Shown here: positions 16,947 through 25,551 of the stretch, piece by piece
How the letters are laid out: each line of letters opens with the position of its first letter
Numbering within the stretch: position 1 is the first letter of the stretch
Virus record (IMG/VR): IMGVR_UViG_3300016476_001277
Coordinates: 1 to 32,193 of that record
Reading direction: 5' to 3' (one strand)
From: a virus
Taxonomy: Duplodnaviria > Caudoviricetes
DNA: 32,193 bases
The notes under the pieces: model-generated
The model's input: the letters and a program-made list of their open reading frames with translations, nothing else
What the model was told of the DNA's origin: nothing
Database searches by the model: none
Position numbers and translations under genes: made by a program

Positions 16947-18881
16947 ATGAATTCATCTAAACTATTAACAAAAATACTGCGTGAAGAAATTAAGCCATTA
17001 GTTGCGACGCCGGTATTTATACAACATAGATTTGAACAGAGCTTAGAATTAGCACAGCGAAATCTAAATGAAGCAAAAACAGAAGCTATCCTAAGAAAAC
17101 CTAGATTGGTTGAGTATTATACTGCTAGTAACATTACAGATCCTAATTTTCGTCCGAAAAAACCTTGGACAGATGTTAAAGCGGAAACTACACTAAAACG
17201 ATTGGGAGCTAAACCATATAGATTAGGAATCAATCCGCACGGATATGAATTAGATACGCCAAATGATCGACTTTGGTTTTATTCGGATGGAGAAGTATAT
17301 AGTACCAATCAAAATCGAGAATTAGGATATGAAGTAGCACCTGGAGGAGCTGAAATTGAAATATGGAATGCACCCGGAGCAAAATCAACTAAAAGTGGAT
17401 TTAAAGTAGGTGTCATTAAAAATGTAAATGGAAAGCCTGTATTTACTTCATCAGACGAAAATTTAGAACGATCAGGAAAAGCTACCGAAACTCCAGAAGA
17501 ATCTTCATCAGGATGGGATACATTTCAAACTATATTAGATTGGGCAGGACTTGTTCCCGTAATTGGTGATGCATTAGATGTAATTAATGCTGTAATATAT
17601 TTTATTCGCGGTAAATGGTTTGATGGATTACTTTCGATGATCGCAGTAATTCCATTAGTTGGATCTGGAATTAAACTCAGCATTAAAGCTATCTATAAAG
17701 GCGCTAAGATAGAAAAATTAGTTGGATTATTAGCAACTTCGCTTAAAACAAAAAATACTGAAAAACTTTGGAGAGAATTAATGACCTCCGGAGCAATAAC
17801 AAAAGAACAACTAAAAGACTTAGGACCAGGTCTTGAAAATTTAGCAGAAGTTCTAAAATCATCATATTCGGGAATTAGAAAAATACCATTTATTGATTCT
17901 AATTGGATAATTAAACAATTGGATGAATTTGCTGAGTGGATGAAAAGTAGTGGAAAAACAATTGACGATTTAGCCGATGCATCTAAACGTGCAGGAGCAA
18001 AACAATTATATAAAGCTGCAGATGATATTAGCAGCAACGTTGGCTTCTTGCGTAGATTTGGAAATAGCATTACTGGAAACGTATTACCTAAATTGAAACG
18101 TGCTCCTTTCTGGCCAGCTAAAAAGATACAAAAAATTGCATTAGGATTAGAAACTCGATTTGCAAGAGAGATGGCAGCTGATCCAACTAAATTAACATCA
18201 TTGATTAAGTTAACTCCTAATCAAAATGCTCTAATTAAAAATCTAAGATCAGACCTAGTAACTAGAACGGCAGGATTACCAAAAGCAACTCAAGCTGAAT
18301 TCCGTAAAAGACTACAAGGCTCAGGTCTAATGATAGGTAATACGGGTAAAATAAACTTAAACACCGCAAGTGATTGGAGTAAGTTTTTAGAAATAACTGA
18401 ATTATATCCAGGAACTCGCGGATTATATGATTCGGCTGCTCAACAAATAATCAAACATGCAAAAGACAATGATTCTATAATGTGGAATCTTTTTAAAACT
18501 GATAGATTGAACAATATAAAAACTATATTAAGTAAAGATATGATTCCAGAAGGATCTAACTTATTCAAAGAATTAGATTTTTCATTTAGAAAAAATGCAG
18601 ATATTATTTGGAATGAACTTCAAGATGTAGGCGAATCATTAGGAATAAAAAGCCAAGACGATGTTAATGGGGTTGTATGGCCAGCAGTAACATATGCTGT
18701 TGCAGAATATTTGCCAGGAGTATATGATGCTGGTAAAACGGTACAAGGTTGGGTAAAAGCAGCAACAGGTTCTCCTGCAGGACAAGCTGCTTGGAATACT
18801 GCAAAAAAAGCAGTTGGAATTGATTCTCAATCAGAATTAGCATATGATCCAGAAGCTGAAAAAGGCGGGGACTACAAATAA
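16947..18881 (+). CDS. large putative virion protein with a pre-toxin-TG-like hydrophobic module
   Basis: N-terminal KLLTKILREE leader; LDWAGLVPVIGDALDVINAVIYFIRG...IPLVG at about 17514-17667; long helical C-terminal region. Confidence 0.6.
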   Translation: MNSSKLLTKILREEIKPLVATPVFIQHRFEQSLELAQRNLNEAKTEAILRKPRLVEYYTASNITDPNFRPKKPWTDVKAETTLKRLGAKPYRLGINPHGYELDTPNDRLWFYSDGEVYSTNQNRELGYEVAPGGAEIEIWNAPGAKSTKSGFKVGVIKNVNGKPVFTSSDENLERSGKATETPEESSSGWDTFQTILDWAGLVPVIGDALDVINAVIYFIRGKWFDGLLSMIAVIPLVGSGIKLSIKAIYKGAKIEKLVGLLATSLKTKNTEKLWRELMTSGAITKEQLKDLGPGLENLAEVLKSSYSGIRKIPFIDSNWIIKQLDEFAEWMKSSGKTIDDLADASKRAGAKQLYKAADDISSNVGFLRRFGNSITGNVLPKLKRAPFWPAKKIQKIALGLETRFAREMAADPTKLTSLIKLTPNQNALIKNLRSDLVTRTAGLPKATQAEFRKRLQGSGLMIGNTGKINLNTASDWSKFLEITELYPGTRGLYDSAAQQIIKHAKDNDSIMWNLFKTDRLNNIKTILSKDMIPEGSNLFKELDFSFRKNADIIWNELQDVGESLGIKSQDDVNGVVWPAVTYAVAEYLPGVYDAGKTVQGWVKAATGSPAGQAAWNTAKKAVGIDSQSELAYDPEAEKGGDYK

Positions 18882-18882
18882 C

Positions 18883-20244
18883 ATGTTACTAGAATATAAA
18901 ACACATAGCAGACTGAATCCGAAACTTTGGGATGGTGATCAACTTTATCCCAAACTTCGTGTAGGCCTAACAAAGATTGCTATGGAATTCTATAAATTTC
19001 TAGATGTTGATGTTGAAATAAAGGACATAATTTTAATTGGAAGCAATGCAAACTATAATTGGACAAGATTCAGTGATATAGATTTACATGTTGTTATCAA
19101 TTACTTGGAAGTTGGCGACAATTTGCATATTATTAAAAATTATATGCACGCCAAAAAAAGTATTTGGAATGTGAATTATCCTTTAAAATTCAAAGGAATG
19201 AGTATAGAATTATACGCACAAGATTCTAATGAAGATCTTCATTCAACAGTTGGAGTATATTCTATACTGCATGGTAATTGGATACGAAAACCGAAGTCTG
19301 ATACAGTATCGATTGATGACGCTATGATACGACAAAAAGCAGAATCGTTTGAGTTTGAGATTGATTCACTTACAGAGTCAGATCCACACGCAGAACACAA
19401 AATAAAAAATATTAAAGACAGGTTAAAACACTTACGTAGTAGCGGTTTAGAAGCCGAAGGAGAATATTCTATAGAAAACATGGCTTACAAATATCTACGT
19501 AATAAAGGTTATTTAGAACGTTTAAACAGATTGGAACAAAAAATATCTAGAGGTCGTCTTGCTATAGAACATGTTGTAAAAGAACAAAAACTAGGCAATA
19601 TGAAGGATCAAGCACAAGCTAAAATATCAAGATTGGTATCGGCAGCAAAAACAGAATCAGCTGAATCAAAAAAAGCTCTACAAATGTTGATTCAACATGT
19701 TAATGGAAATAAATTAACAGATGAAGAATGGAAATGGGTTCGTGAACAACTTAAGGATATTTTAAAACTTTTAGGATTAACTACATTAGCAATTGCTCCG
19801 GGAGGAAGTATTGTTGCGTTATTATTAAAAGCAATAAAGGCAGATAAATACATTTTACCGTCTGCATTTAAAACACCTGAGCATGAAAAAGAAGTTACAG
19901 AATCATTGATCTTACATGTAACTAATAAAAAACCGTTAGACACTGCCGGCTGGAATAATATAATGCAAAAAACAAACGCAGTTACTGATCCTAGGGGACA
20001 ATGGGATCATCCAGGTCGATGCACTATGATTCCAACAGAAGATGGGCGAATAACAATGCAAAATGTTGCACATGAGGTATTTGGTATCGATGAAACAGGA
20101 CATGCACAATTAATGTTACCCGAACAAGAATATCAATTCTCAGGTACGCAAGTGTTTGAAATACCAAAGACTGCACAATATCAAACAATGGTAATGCAAT
20201 TGCAAAATTCAATTAATAATGGAGGAATTGATGCAAAATGGTAG
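18883..20244 (+). CDS. Pol-beta-superfamily nucleotidyltransferase fused to a LETM1-like segment and a C-terminal beta-rich phage domain
   Basis: IILIGSNANYNWTRFSDIDLHVV (GS...DxD) plus ELY; LTDEEWKWVREQLKD...PGGS...LPSAF; GQWDHPG...ITM...VFEIP. ATG 18883, just after the upstream stop, is preferred. Confidence 0.75.
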   Translation: MLLEYKTHSRLNPKLWDGDQLYPKLRVGLTKIAMEFYKFLDVDVEIKDIILIGSNANYNWTRFSDIDLHVVINYLEVGDNLHIIKNYMHAKKSIWNVNYPLKFKGMSIELYAQDSNEDLHSTVGVYSILHGNWIRKPKSDTVSIDDAMIRQKAESFEFEIDSLTESDPHAEHKIKNIKDRLKHLRSSGLEAEGEYSIENMAYKYLRNKGYLERLNRLEQKISRGRLAIEHVVKEQKLGNMKDQAQAKISRLVSAAKTESAESKKALQMLIQHVNGNKLTDEEWKWVREQLKDILKLLGLTTLAIAPGGSIVALLLKAIKADKYILPSAFKTPEHEKEVTESLILHVTNKKPLDTAGWNNIMQKTNAVTDPRGQWDHPGRCTMIPTEDGRITMQNVAHEVFGIDETGHAQLMLPEQEYQFSGTQVFEIPKTAQYQTMVMQLQNSINNGGIDAKW

Positions 20245-20419
20245 TAGAGGCCTAGGCGACGATATTAAGAAATTAACCTCCGCAACTGGACTAGATCAAC
20301 TTGCAAAACGAATTGCACAGATCTTAGATGAAGATTGCGGCTGTGATGACCGACAAGCATGGTTAAACGAAAAAACAAAAGATTGGCCGATGTATAAAAA
20401 AAGAAACAAGGATAAATAA
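20231..20419 (+). CDS. small conserved phage protein (GLGD...DCGC..R..WLN)
   Basis: Motif recognised from small phage proteins; GGAGG at 20221 precedes ATG 20231. Confidence 0.65.
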   Translation: MQNGSRGLGDDIKKLTSATGLDQLAKRIAQILDEDCGCDDRQAWLNEKTKDWPMYKKRNKDK

Positions 20420-21054
20420 TGGCATTGATAAATAAGACGGGTATCACAAATGGAGGTACTATTCAAGCAGAACATATAACTAGAGCAATTGATGCTTTAA
20501 GTGGAGTAAGTACAGATAGCGTTATCGCATCAGGATCATTTACTGGAGCATTAACAGGTACAGCGTCATTTGCAACCTCAGCATCTAGGGCAGTATCTAG
20601 TTCATTTGCGACTACTGCATCATTTGCATTGAATGCAGTTGGAGCAGGGTCTGAATACATGACATTACGATTATCTTCAGGACCTATTACGGGTGTAACA
20701 AGCGGATCTGCAATATATATTGGAACTAATACAACTTCATCTAACATTGCACGAGTTGGCGTAAGTACTCCATATGCGTGTACAATCGTAAGCGCAAGTG
20801 TTTATTTAAATTCGCCAATAACAACTAACTGCGTACTTCTAGATGGAAATCTTTGGTTAGATGTAACTAATAGCCCCGGTAGTGTTGTAACATTTAAAAA
20901 TCTAGATCCAAAGACAGTATACGTCGATTCTGAATCTAAACCAGTTAACAATTCAGCAGGAGCTGGACGATGGATCAACGTCAGCTACACACCCAACGCA
21001 ACAGCAACCGGCCGATTTGAATTAACGGCTGATATTTTAATCAAAAAATCATAA
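20419..21054 (+). CDS. putative structural/fibre-like protein
   Basis: S/T/A/G-rich; SGSFTGALTGTASFATSASRAVSSSFATTASFA repeats followed by a beta-rich C-terminal domain. Confidence 0.55.
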   Translation: MALINKTGITNGGTIQAEHITRAIDALSGVSTDSVIASGSFTGALTGTASFATSASRAVSSSFATTASFALNAVGAGSEYMTLRLSSGPITGVTSGSAIYIGTNTTSSNIARVGVSTPYACTIVSASVYLNSPITTNCVLLDGNLWLDVTNSPGSVVTFKNLDPKTVYVDSESKPVNNSAGAGRWINVSYTPNATATGRFELTADILIKKS

Positions 21055-21058
21055 ACAA

Positions 21059-21066
21059 ATATTTAT
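21059..21066 (+). promoter_or_regulatory. class B motif ATATTTAT
   Basis: Just after the 21054 stop, then AAAAGGA and ATG 21081. Confidence 0.55.
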
Positions 21067-21080
21067 ATAAAAGGAACAAT

Positions 21081-21248
21081 ATGAAACTTACAAAAGAACA
21101 AATTTTAGGAATTATTCGTCATGCATTAACTTTCGTAGGAGGTATCTTCGTAATGCGAGGTGTGATTGATGAAACTATGGTAACAGAAGTGGTTGGTGGA
21201 GTTATGACTCTTACTGGCGCTATTTGGTCAATTGTAGCTAAGGCATAA
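21081..21248 (+). CDS. 55-aa two-TM holin-like protein (not in the ORF track)
   Basis: MKLTKEQILGIIRHALTFVGGIFVMRGVIDETMVTEVVGGVMTLTGAIWSIVAKA; the RHxLT..GG...G...WS pattern; fills the gap exactly. Confidence 0.8.
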   Translation: MKLTKEQILGIIRHALTFVGGIFVMRGVIDETMVTEVVGGVMTLTGAIWSIVAKA

Positions 21249-21249
21249 C

Positions 21250-21720
21250 ATGAAACGACTTGACGAATGTGGTTGTAATTCTGAGACGGATCACAGCAAT
21301 ACTTCTAACTACATGTTTTTTGAAAATTTAAAAACTATTAAAAAGGCAGTAGAAGCAATGTTGCAATTAGATCCATCTGAGGTAGATCGTATGTTATCAA
21401 ACGGCCATGCATGGGCAGTAGACCATATTGCAACATCTAAAGATGATATGGAAGAAGTTAGTGGGTTTCTAACAAACTCAATAAACTCTAATTCTAATCA
21501 AATGCCTAATGATATTGCATATAATTCGCAACAACCACAATTCGTTCCTGTTAACTTTAAAAATCATTTGCGCAATGTAATGTCTGAAAAAATTCAGAAA
21601 GTTGAAGGAGGATGGGCAGTATATCCTAGTAAAGGTGGAAAACGTTTAGGAACACACCCGACTAAAAAAGCAGCACTTAAACAACTAGCAGCAATTGAAA
21701 TTTCAAAACAGCGAAACTGA
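21250..21720 (+). CDS. hypothetical modular phage protein
   Basis: NYMFFENL...GHAWAVDHIATSKDD domain plus a basic C-terminal mini-domain (GGKRLGTHPTKKAALKQLAAIE). Confidence 0.75.
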   Translation: MKRLDECGCNSETDHSNTSNYMFFENLKTIKKAVEAMLQLDPSEVDRMLSNGHAWAVDHIATSKDDMEEVSGFLTNSINSNSNQMPNDIAYNSQQPQFVPVNFKNHLRNVMSEKIQKVEGGWAVYPSKGGKRLGTHPTKKAALKQLAAIEISKQRN

Positions 21721-22139
21721 TGCAAAAGCTAAAACACATATTAATTGAAGCACAAACTAAATGTCCGGTGGCAACACAAGATATTCATGTTAACTTAGAA
21801 AACCGTCAACATGCAATAGACGAATATTATTATGGCCCTGCTAATCCAGATCGGCCGGGAACGTATTGGAAAGATGCAGCAAAACGATGGAAAATTGACG
21901 AAGACACTGCAAAAACAATGAAATGTGAAAATTGCGCAGCATTCGACGTTTCTGATAAGATGTGGGCTTGCATGGAAAAGGGTATTAAAGGCGATGAAAA
22001 AAATATTGATGCAATGGCCACTATTGAAAAAGCAGATTTAGGCTATTGTAATTTTTTACATTTCAAATGCGCCGGTTCTAGGTCTTGTACTGCTTGGGTT
22101 ACTGGAGGCGCATTAGATGACAAGGATTTAACCAAATGA
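21720..22139 (+). CDS. Cys-rich putative metal/Fe-S-binding phage protein
   Basis: CPVATQD, CENCAAF, GYC....FKC...SCTAW; leader MQKLKHILIE. Confidence 0.7.
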   Translation: MQKLKHILIEAQTKCPVATQDIHVNLENRQHAIDEYYYGPANPDRPGTYWKDAAKRWKIDEDTAKTMKCENCAAFDVSDKMWACMEKGIKGDEKNIDAMATIEKADLGYCNFLHFKCAGSRSCTAWVTGGALDDKDLTK

Positions 22140-22531
22140 TGCGATTGAAGAATATATTAAATGAAAGCAATGTGCCGGATCCAATATTGGTTGCGAAGCC
22201 GTTCTTTAAAGAGTTTTCAAAACAAATGAAAACTACTGCTAAATTTTCATATTTAGGTTTAAAAAATAAAGAATATATTTTTACTGCCCCAATAGAAGAT
22301 TTAGGAACATTAAAGCTAATATTTTCTAGAGCTGAGTTTGTTGCAAAGGTTTGTGATTCATATGCATATTTTGGTATTGTTTATTTACTTAATGGATTGG
22401 AACAATTCGATGCAACGGTTTGTTTGATAACAAAAAAGAAAAATTCATTTAGTACTAAATTGTTTGATGATGCTGACTCAGATTTTAACAATTCAAAAAC
22501 CAATTTTTCAAACATAATAAAAAAGTTATAA
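22136..22531 (+). CDS. hypothetical protein with MRLKNILNE leader
   Basis: Overlapping start and stop with both neighbours. Confidence 0.7.
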   Translation: MMRLKNILNESNVPDPILVAKPFFKEFSKQMKTTAKFSYLGLKNKEYIFTAPIEDLGTLKLIFSRAEFVAKVCDSYAYFGIVYLLNGLEQFDATVCLITKKKNSFSTKLFDDADSDFNNSKTNFSNIIKKL

Positions 22532-23199
22532 TGTACGATTTAAAATTTGAATTAATACGACCTACATATCAAGACATTCAAATTTCAAAACCATTACCAG
22601 AAAACATAGCAGAACATGTATTGTTAAATTATACGTGTCACGTAGATCATGAAGGTTTTGATTTAAATGAAATTGAACAGGCATACTATAAGCATAATGG
22701 AGTTTCGTTAGAACATGATACTACATGGTATAAAGATGGCGAAGCTTCACGAGGTGCTCACGCAATAATACTCCCGTGGTTTACCCAAACAGAACAATCT
22801 TCTTTAATTCTTGATCATAGTCAATTTGTATTCAGACACCCAATTGTCGGGGAAGCTGCTGAACAAATTAAACATTATTCAAAACAACGTCCAGAACTAT
22901 TGCGTATATTAAGTACGGAATTCAAATGTGGCTTAGATTTATGTATTGATTACATAACTGAAGATAGAGTTTATCCGGTGGTTCATATAGAATGGGATTA
23001 TTTATATGTTAACGAAATGTTTCCAGATATTGATTATGTAGAACATGTTTTGCAAAACGTTGATTGGAATCATATCATTCCTACCGTAATGCGTTTTAAC
23101 TATATGGCTAAAAATAATTTAGATGCATTTCAACAAGCAGATTTTAGATCTATGCTACTTTTTGGCCGAAAATCTTATAAGCTAATACCAACATTGTAA
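22531..23199 (+). CDS. hypothetical protein
   Basis: 222-aa ORF coupled to the upstream stop (TAATG). Confidence 0.75.
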   Translation: MYDLKFELIRPTYQDIQISKPLPENIAEHVLLNYTCHVDHEGFDLNEIEQAYYKHNGVSLEHDTTWYKDGEASRGAHAIILPWFTQTEQSSLILDHSQFVFRHPIVGEAAEQIKHYSKQRPELLRILSTEFKCGLDLCIDYITEDRVYPVVHIEWDYLYVNEMFPDIDYVEHVLQNVDWNHIIPTVMRFNYMAKNNLDAFQQADFRSMLLFGRKSYKLIPTL

Positions 23200-23203
23200 T
23201 ACT

Positions 23204-23234
23204 TTGGATAATTAATCATTTTTATATATTATAA
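23204..23234 (+). promoter_or_regulatory. class A promoter
   Basis: TTGGA at 23204, TATATTATAA about 18-20 nt downstream, then AGTATG. Confidence 0.5.
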
Positions 23235-23237
23235 AGT

Positions 23238-23435
23238 ATGAATGAAAATTTTATTGATAAGTTGTTGATATCATCAATCAATCATATGAAGACTAATTCC
23301 TGGGAATGGCCAGAACATTGGGACACTGATCGTAAATTACGATTCTTATCTCAATGTCTCAAGTATGCTGAAGATAATGAGTTTTACGAACAATGTGCAA
23401 TTATTAGAGATGTCCAAAAAACAATTGAAAAGTAA
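23238..23435 (+). CDS. small protein with a C-terminal UVR (UvrB/C)-like motif
   Basis: AEDNEFYEQCAIIRD resembles A...EEYEEAARIRD. Confidence 0.6.
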   Translation: MNENFIDKLLISSINHMKTNSWEWPEHWDTDRKLRFLSQCLKYAEDNEFYEQCAIIRDVQKTIEK

Positions 23436-23676
23436 ACGAGGTCAGTGGCAAGTAATATTGCATAACGATGATCACAATACATTTGACCATGTTGTAGAGT
23501 GTTTGATACAAATTTGTAATCATAGTTATATACAGTCAGTTCAATGCGCACATATTGTTCATAATTGTTTACAATGTTCAATATTTGTAGATTATTACGA
23601 TGAATGTGAATTAGTATATAATGAACTACTAGAACAAGGTTTAATGGTTAGTATATCAAAAGCTAATAAAATATGA
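23410..23676 (+). CDS. clpS: ATP-dependent Clp protease adaptor ClpS
   Basis: VILHNDDHNTFDHVVECL...H...Q..QCAHIVH...C; ATG 23410. Confidence 0.85.
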   Translation: MSKKQLKSKRGQWQVILHNDDHNTFDHVVECLIQICNHSYIQSVQCAHIVHNCLQCSIFVDYYDECELVYNELLEQGLMVSISKANKI

Positions 23677-23846
23677 ATTGGTTACGAAAATTCCGAATAG
23701 CATTATTACATGCAGCATATCACAGGAATATGAAAAAAGCTGTCAAGGCACGAGAAGAACAAAATATCTTACAGTTCAAAAAGTATGTGTATAAAGCAGA
23801 AGATGCTTGGCGCAAATTAGTTATTTTAACAGAAAAATCAAAATAA
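23673..23846 (+). CDS. 57-aa basic hypothetical protein (not in the ORF track)
   Basis: MNWLRKFRIALLHAAYHRNMKKAVKAREEQNILQFKKYVYKAEDAWRKLVILTEKSK; ATGA overlap with clpS; fills the gap. Confidence 0.7.
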   Translation: MNWLRKFRIALLHAAYHRNMKKAVKAREEQNILQFKKYVYKAEDAWRKLVILTEKSK

Positions 23847-23849
23847 GTT

Positions 23850-24236
23850 ATGGGAAGAAAATCCGCACACACCGGCGAATCGCCAAAAGATCGATCAATA
23901 AACTTGATGGATAAGTTTATTACGAAAAATTCAAATCGTGAAAAAAATCAACCACGTTTACCAGCAAGAAGAAAAGATCCTAGCATTCCGATCGACTTGT
24001 GGCCACTGAAAGATCAACTTGAATATTGGGCTAGCCGTACGGATGCCGATAAATTCAATGATTTATATTCATCATATTCTACTTGGTATGACGAAGTTAA
24101 ATCTAGGAGCGGTATATATCCAGCTACATTCTTAGATTTCACTTCGAAGTTAAAACCAGAAATGCATGCGATGTGGGAGAATAAAGTATTTCCTAAACAT
24201 GCAATTCAAGAACTAAGAAAAAAAGGTGTTTATTAA
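23850..24236 (+). CDS. hypothetical protein
   Basis: 128-aa ORF tightly packed between neighbours. Confidence 0.7.
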   Translation: MGRKSAHTGESPKDRSINLMDKFITKNSNREKNQPRLPARRKDPSIPIDLWPLKDQLEYWASRTDADKFNDLYSSYSTWYDEVKSRSGIYPATFLDFTSKLKPEMHAMWENKVFPKHAIQELRKKGVY

Positions 24237-24238
24237 AA

Positions 24239-24790
24239 ATGAGTCAGCAGTATAAATACGTATATGGTAAAGGCCGTACGGCATTTGATTTACCTGAATC
24301 AGATATTCGATATGCGATGTCTAACACGAAGTCAAATGCAGAAGCTGCTAGGTTTTTAAAGATTTCATTTACTACGTATAAAAAATACGCTAAAATGTAT
24401 ATTGATTCCAGTACTGGCAAAACCTTGTATGATCTTCATACTAATCAAGCCGGTATTGGAATTAATAAAGATGTAGCTCGAGCAACGAGCGGACAATATA
24501 GTATCGATAGAATTTTGCAAGGAGAATTTCCTAACTACCCAACATGGAAAATTCGAAATAGAATCTTAGCATTAGGCATACTTGCAGAAAAATGTAATTC
24601 TTGTGGATACGAAGAACGCAGGGTAACTGACGACACAGTGCCATTACTTTTAGACCATATTGATGGAGATGAATCTAACCATTGCATCGAAAACTTACAA
24701 TTGCTTTGTTTGAATTGTTACTACCAACAAACAGGCAATCCATTTAACAAAGACAAAGAAACGTTTTGGAACTATAATTTACTTGATTGA
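24239..24790 (+). CDS. HTH + HNH-like zinc-finger protein
   Basis: SNAEAARFLKISFTTYKKY (HTH); CNSCG...LDHIDGDESNHCIENLQLLCLNC (HNH, final His replaced by Tyr). Confidence 0.8.
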   Translation: MSQQYKYVYGKGRTAFDLPESDIRYAMSNTKSNAEAARFLKISFTTYKKYAKMYIDSSTGKTLYDLHTNQAGIGINKDVARATSGQYSIDRILQGEFPNYPTWKIRNRILALGILAEKCNSCGYEERRVTDDTVPLLLDHIDGDESNHCIENLQLLCLNCYYQQTGNPFNKDKETFWNYNLLD

Positions 24791-24797
24791 TATTTAT
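24790..24797 (+). promoter_or_regulatory. class B motif ATATTTAT
   Basis: Overlaps the upstream TGA and ends 4 nt before ATG 24802. Confidence 0.5.
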
Positions 24798-24801
24798 TAA
24801 T

Positions 24802-25551
24802 ATGATATCAATGAAGAAACTTGTTGTAGAAGGTCGATATGATGCATTAGTTACTAAGCTATCGCAAACGTTGCTATCTGTTGTAAAAGATAGCTATTCA
24901 GCAGTATCAAACCCAAACGGCGAGTTTTCAGGCCAGAAGATATACTTCAAACAAAATGAATCTGTTCCTAATATCGACGATGATTCTGAATTTCAACACA
25001 TATATTTTGAAGAGGTAGAAAATTCTACAATTCCATTAGATTTTTACTTGCAATTTAAAGTTCAGTGGATCGAAGGCTATAATGATTATAGTTATGGTGG
25101 AGATGCATACAATGATACGAAACGTACTTCAGATGATATGCCATTAATTGAAATACGAATTCAACTTGACCCGGCAGACTATCCTAAAATTTTAAGCACA
25201 GTTGCAATGGATTTGAGAGATACCTTGCGCCACGAAATAGAACATACAACGCAATCTGGGTGGAACACGATAGATTCAAAGTATCTACCATCCGATCAGG
25301 CACAGCGCAAAAAAATATCCGCTGGTACCGTCAAGCCGTCTGAGTATTTTCTACTTAAAAAAGAAATACCTGCAATGATACAAGGTTTGTATCTCAAAGC
25401 TAAAAAGAAACGAGTGCCATTCAAAAGTGAAGTAGACCAGTATTTAGATATTTGGATACGAAACGGCAGTATGTCTGCTGAAGACAAGCAACGAATAATT
25501 AATACTTGGAAAACATATTTACCTAAACTAGGAATACGACAGGAGTTGTAA
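24802..25551 (+). CDS. putative zincin-like metalloprotein (HExxH)
   Basis: DTLRHEIEH..Q with downstream YFLLKKEIPA (candidate third ligand E); leader MISMKKLVVE. Confidence 0.65.
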   Translation: MISMKKLVVEGRYDALVTKLSQTLLSVVKDSYSAVSNPNGEFSGQKIYFKQNESVPNIDDDSEFQHIYFEEVENSTIPLDFYLQFKVQWIEGYNDYSYGGDAYNDTKRTSDDMPLIEIRIQLDPADYPKILSTVAMDLRDTLRHEIEHTTQSGWNTIDSKYLPSDQAQRKKISAGTVKPSEYFLLKKEIPAMIQGLYLKAKKKRVPFKSEVDQYLDIWIRNGSMSAEDKQRIINTWKTYLPKLGIRQEL

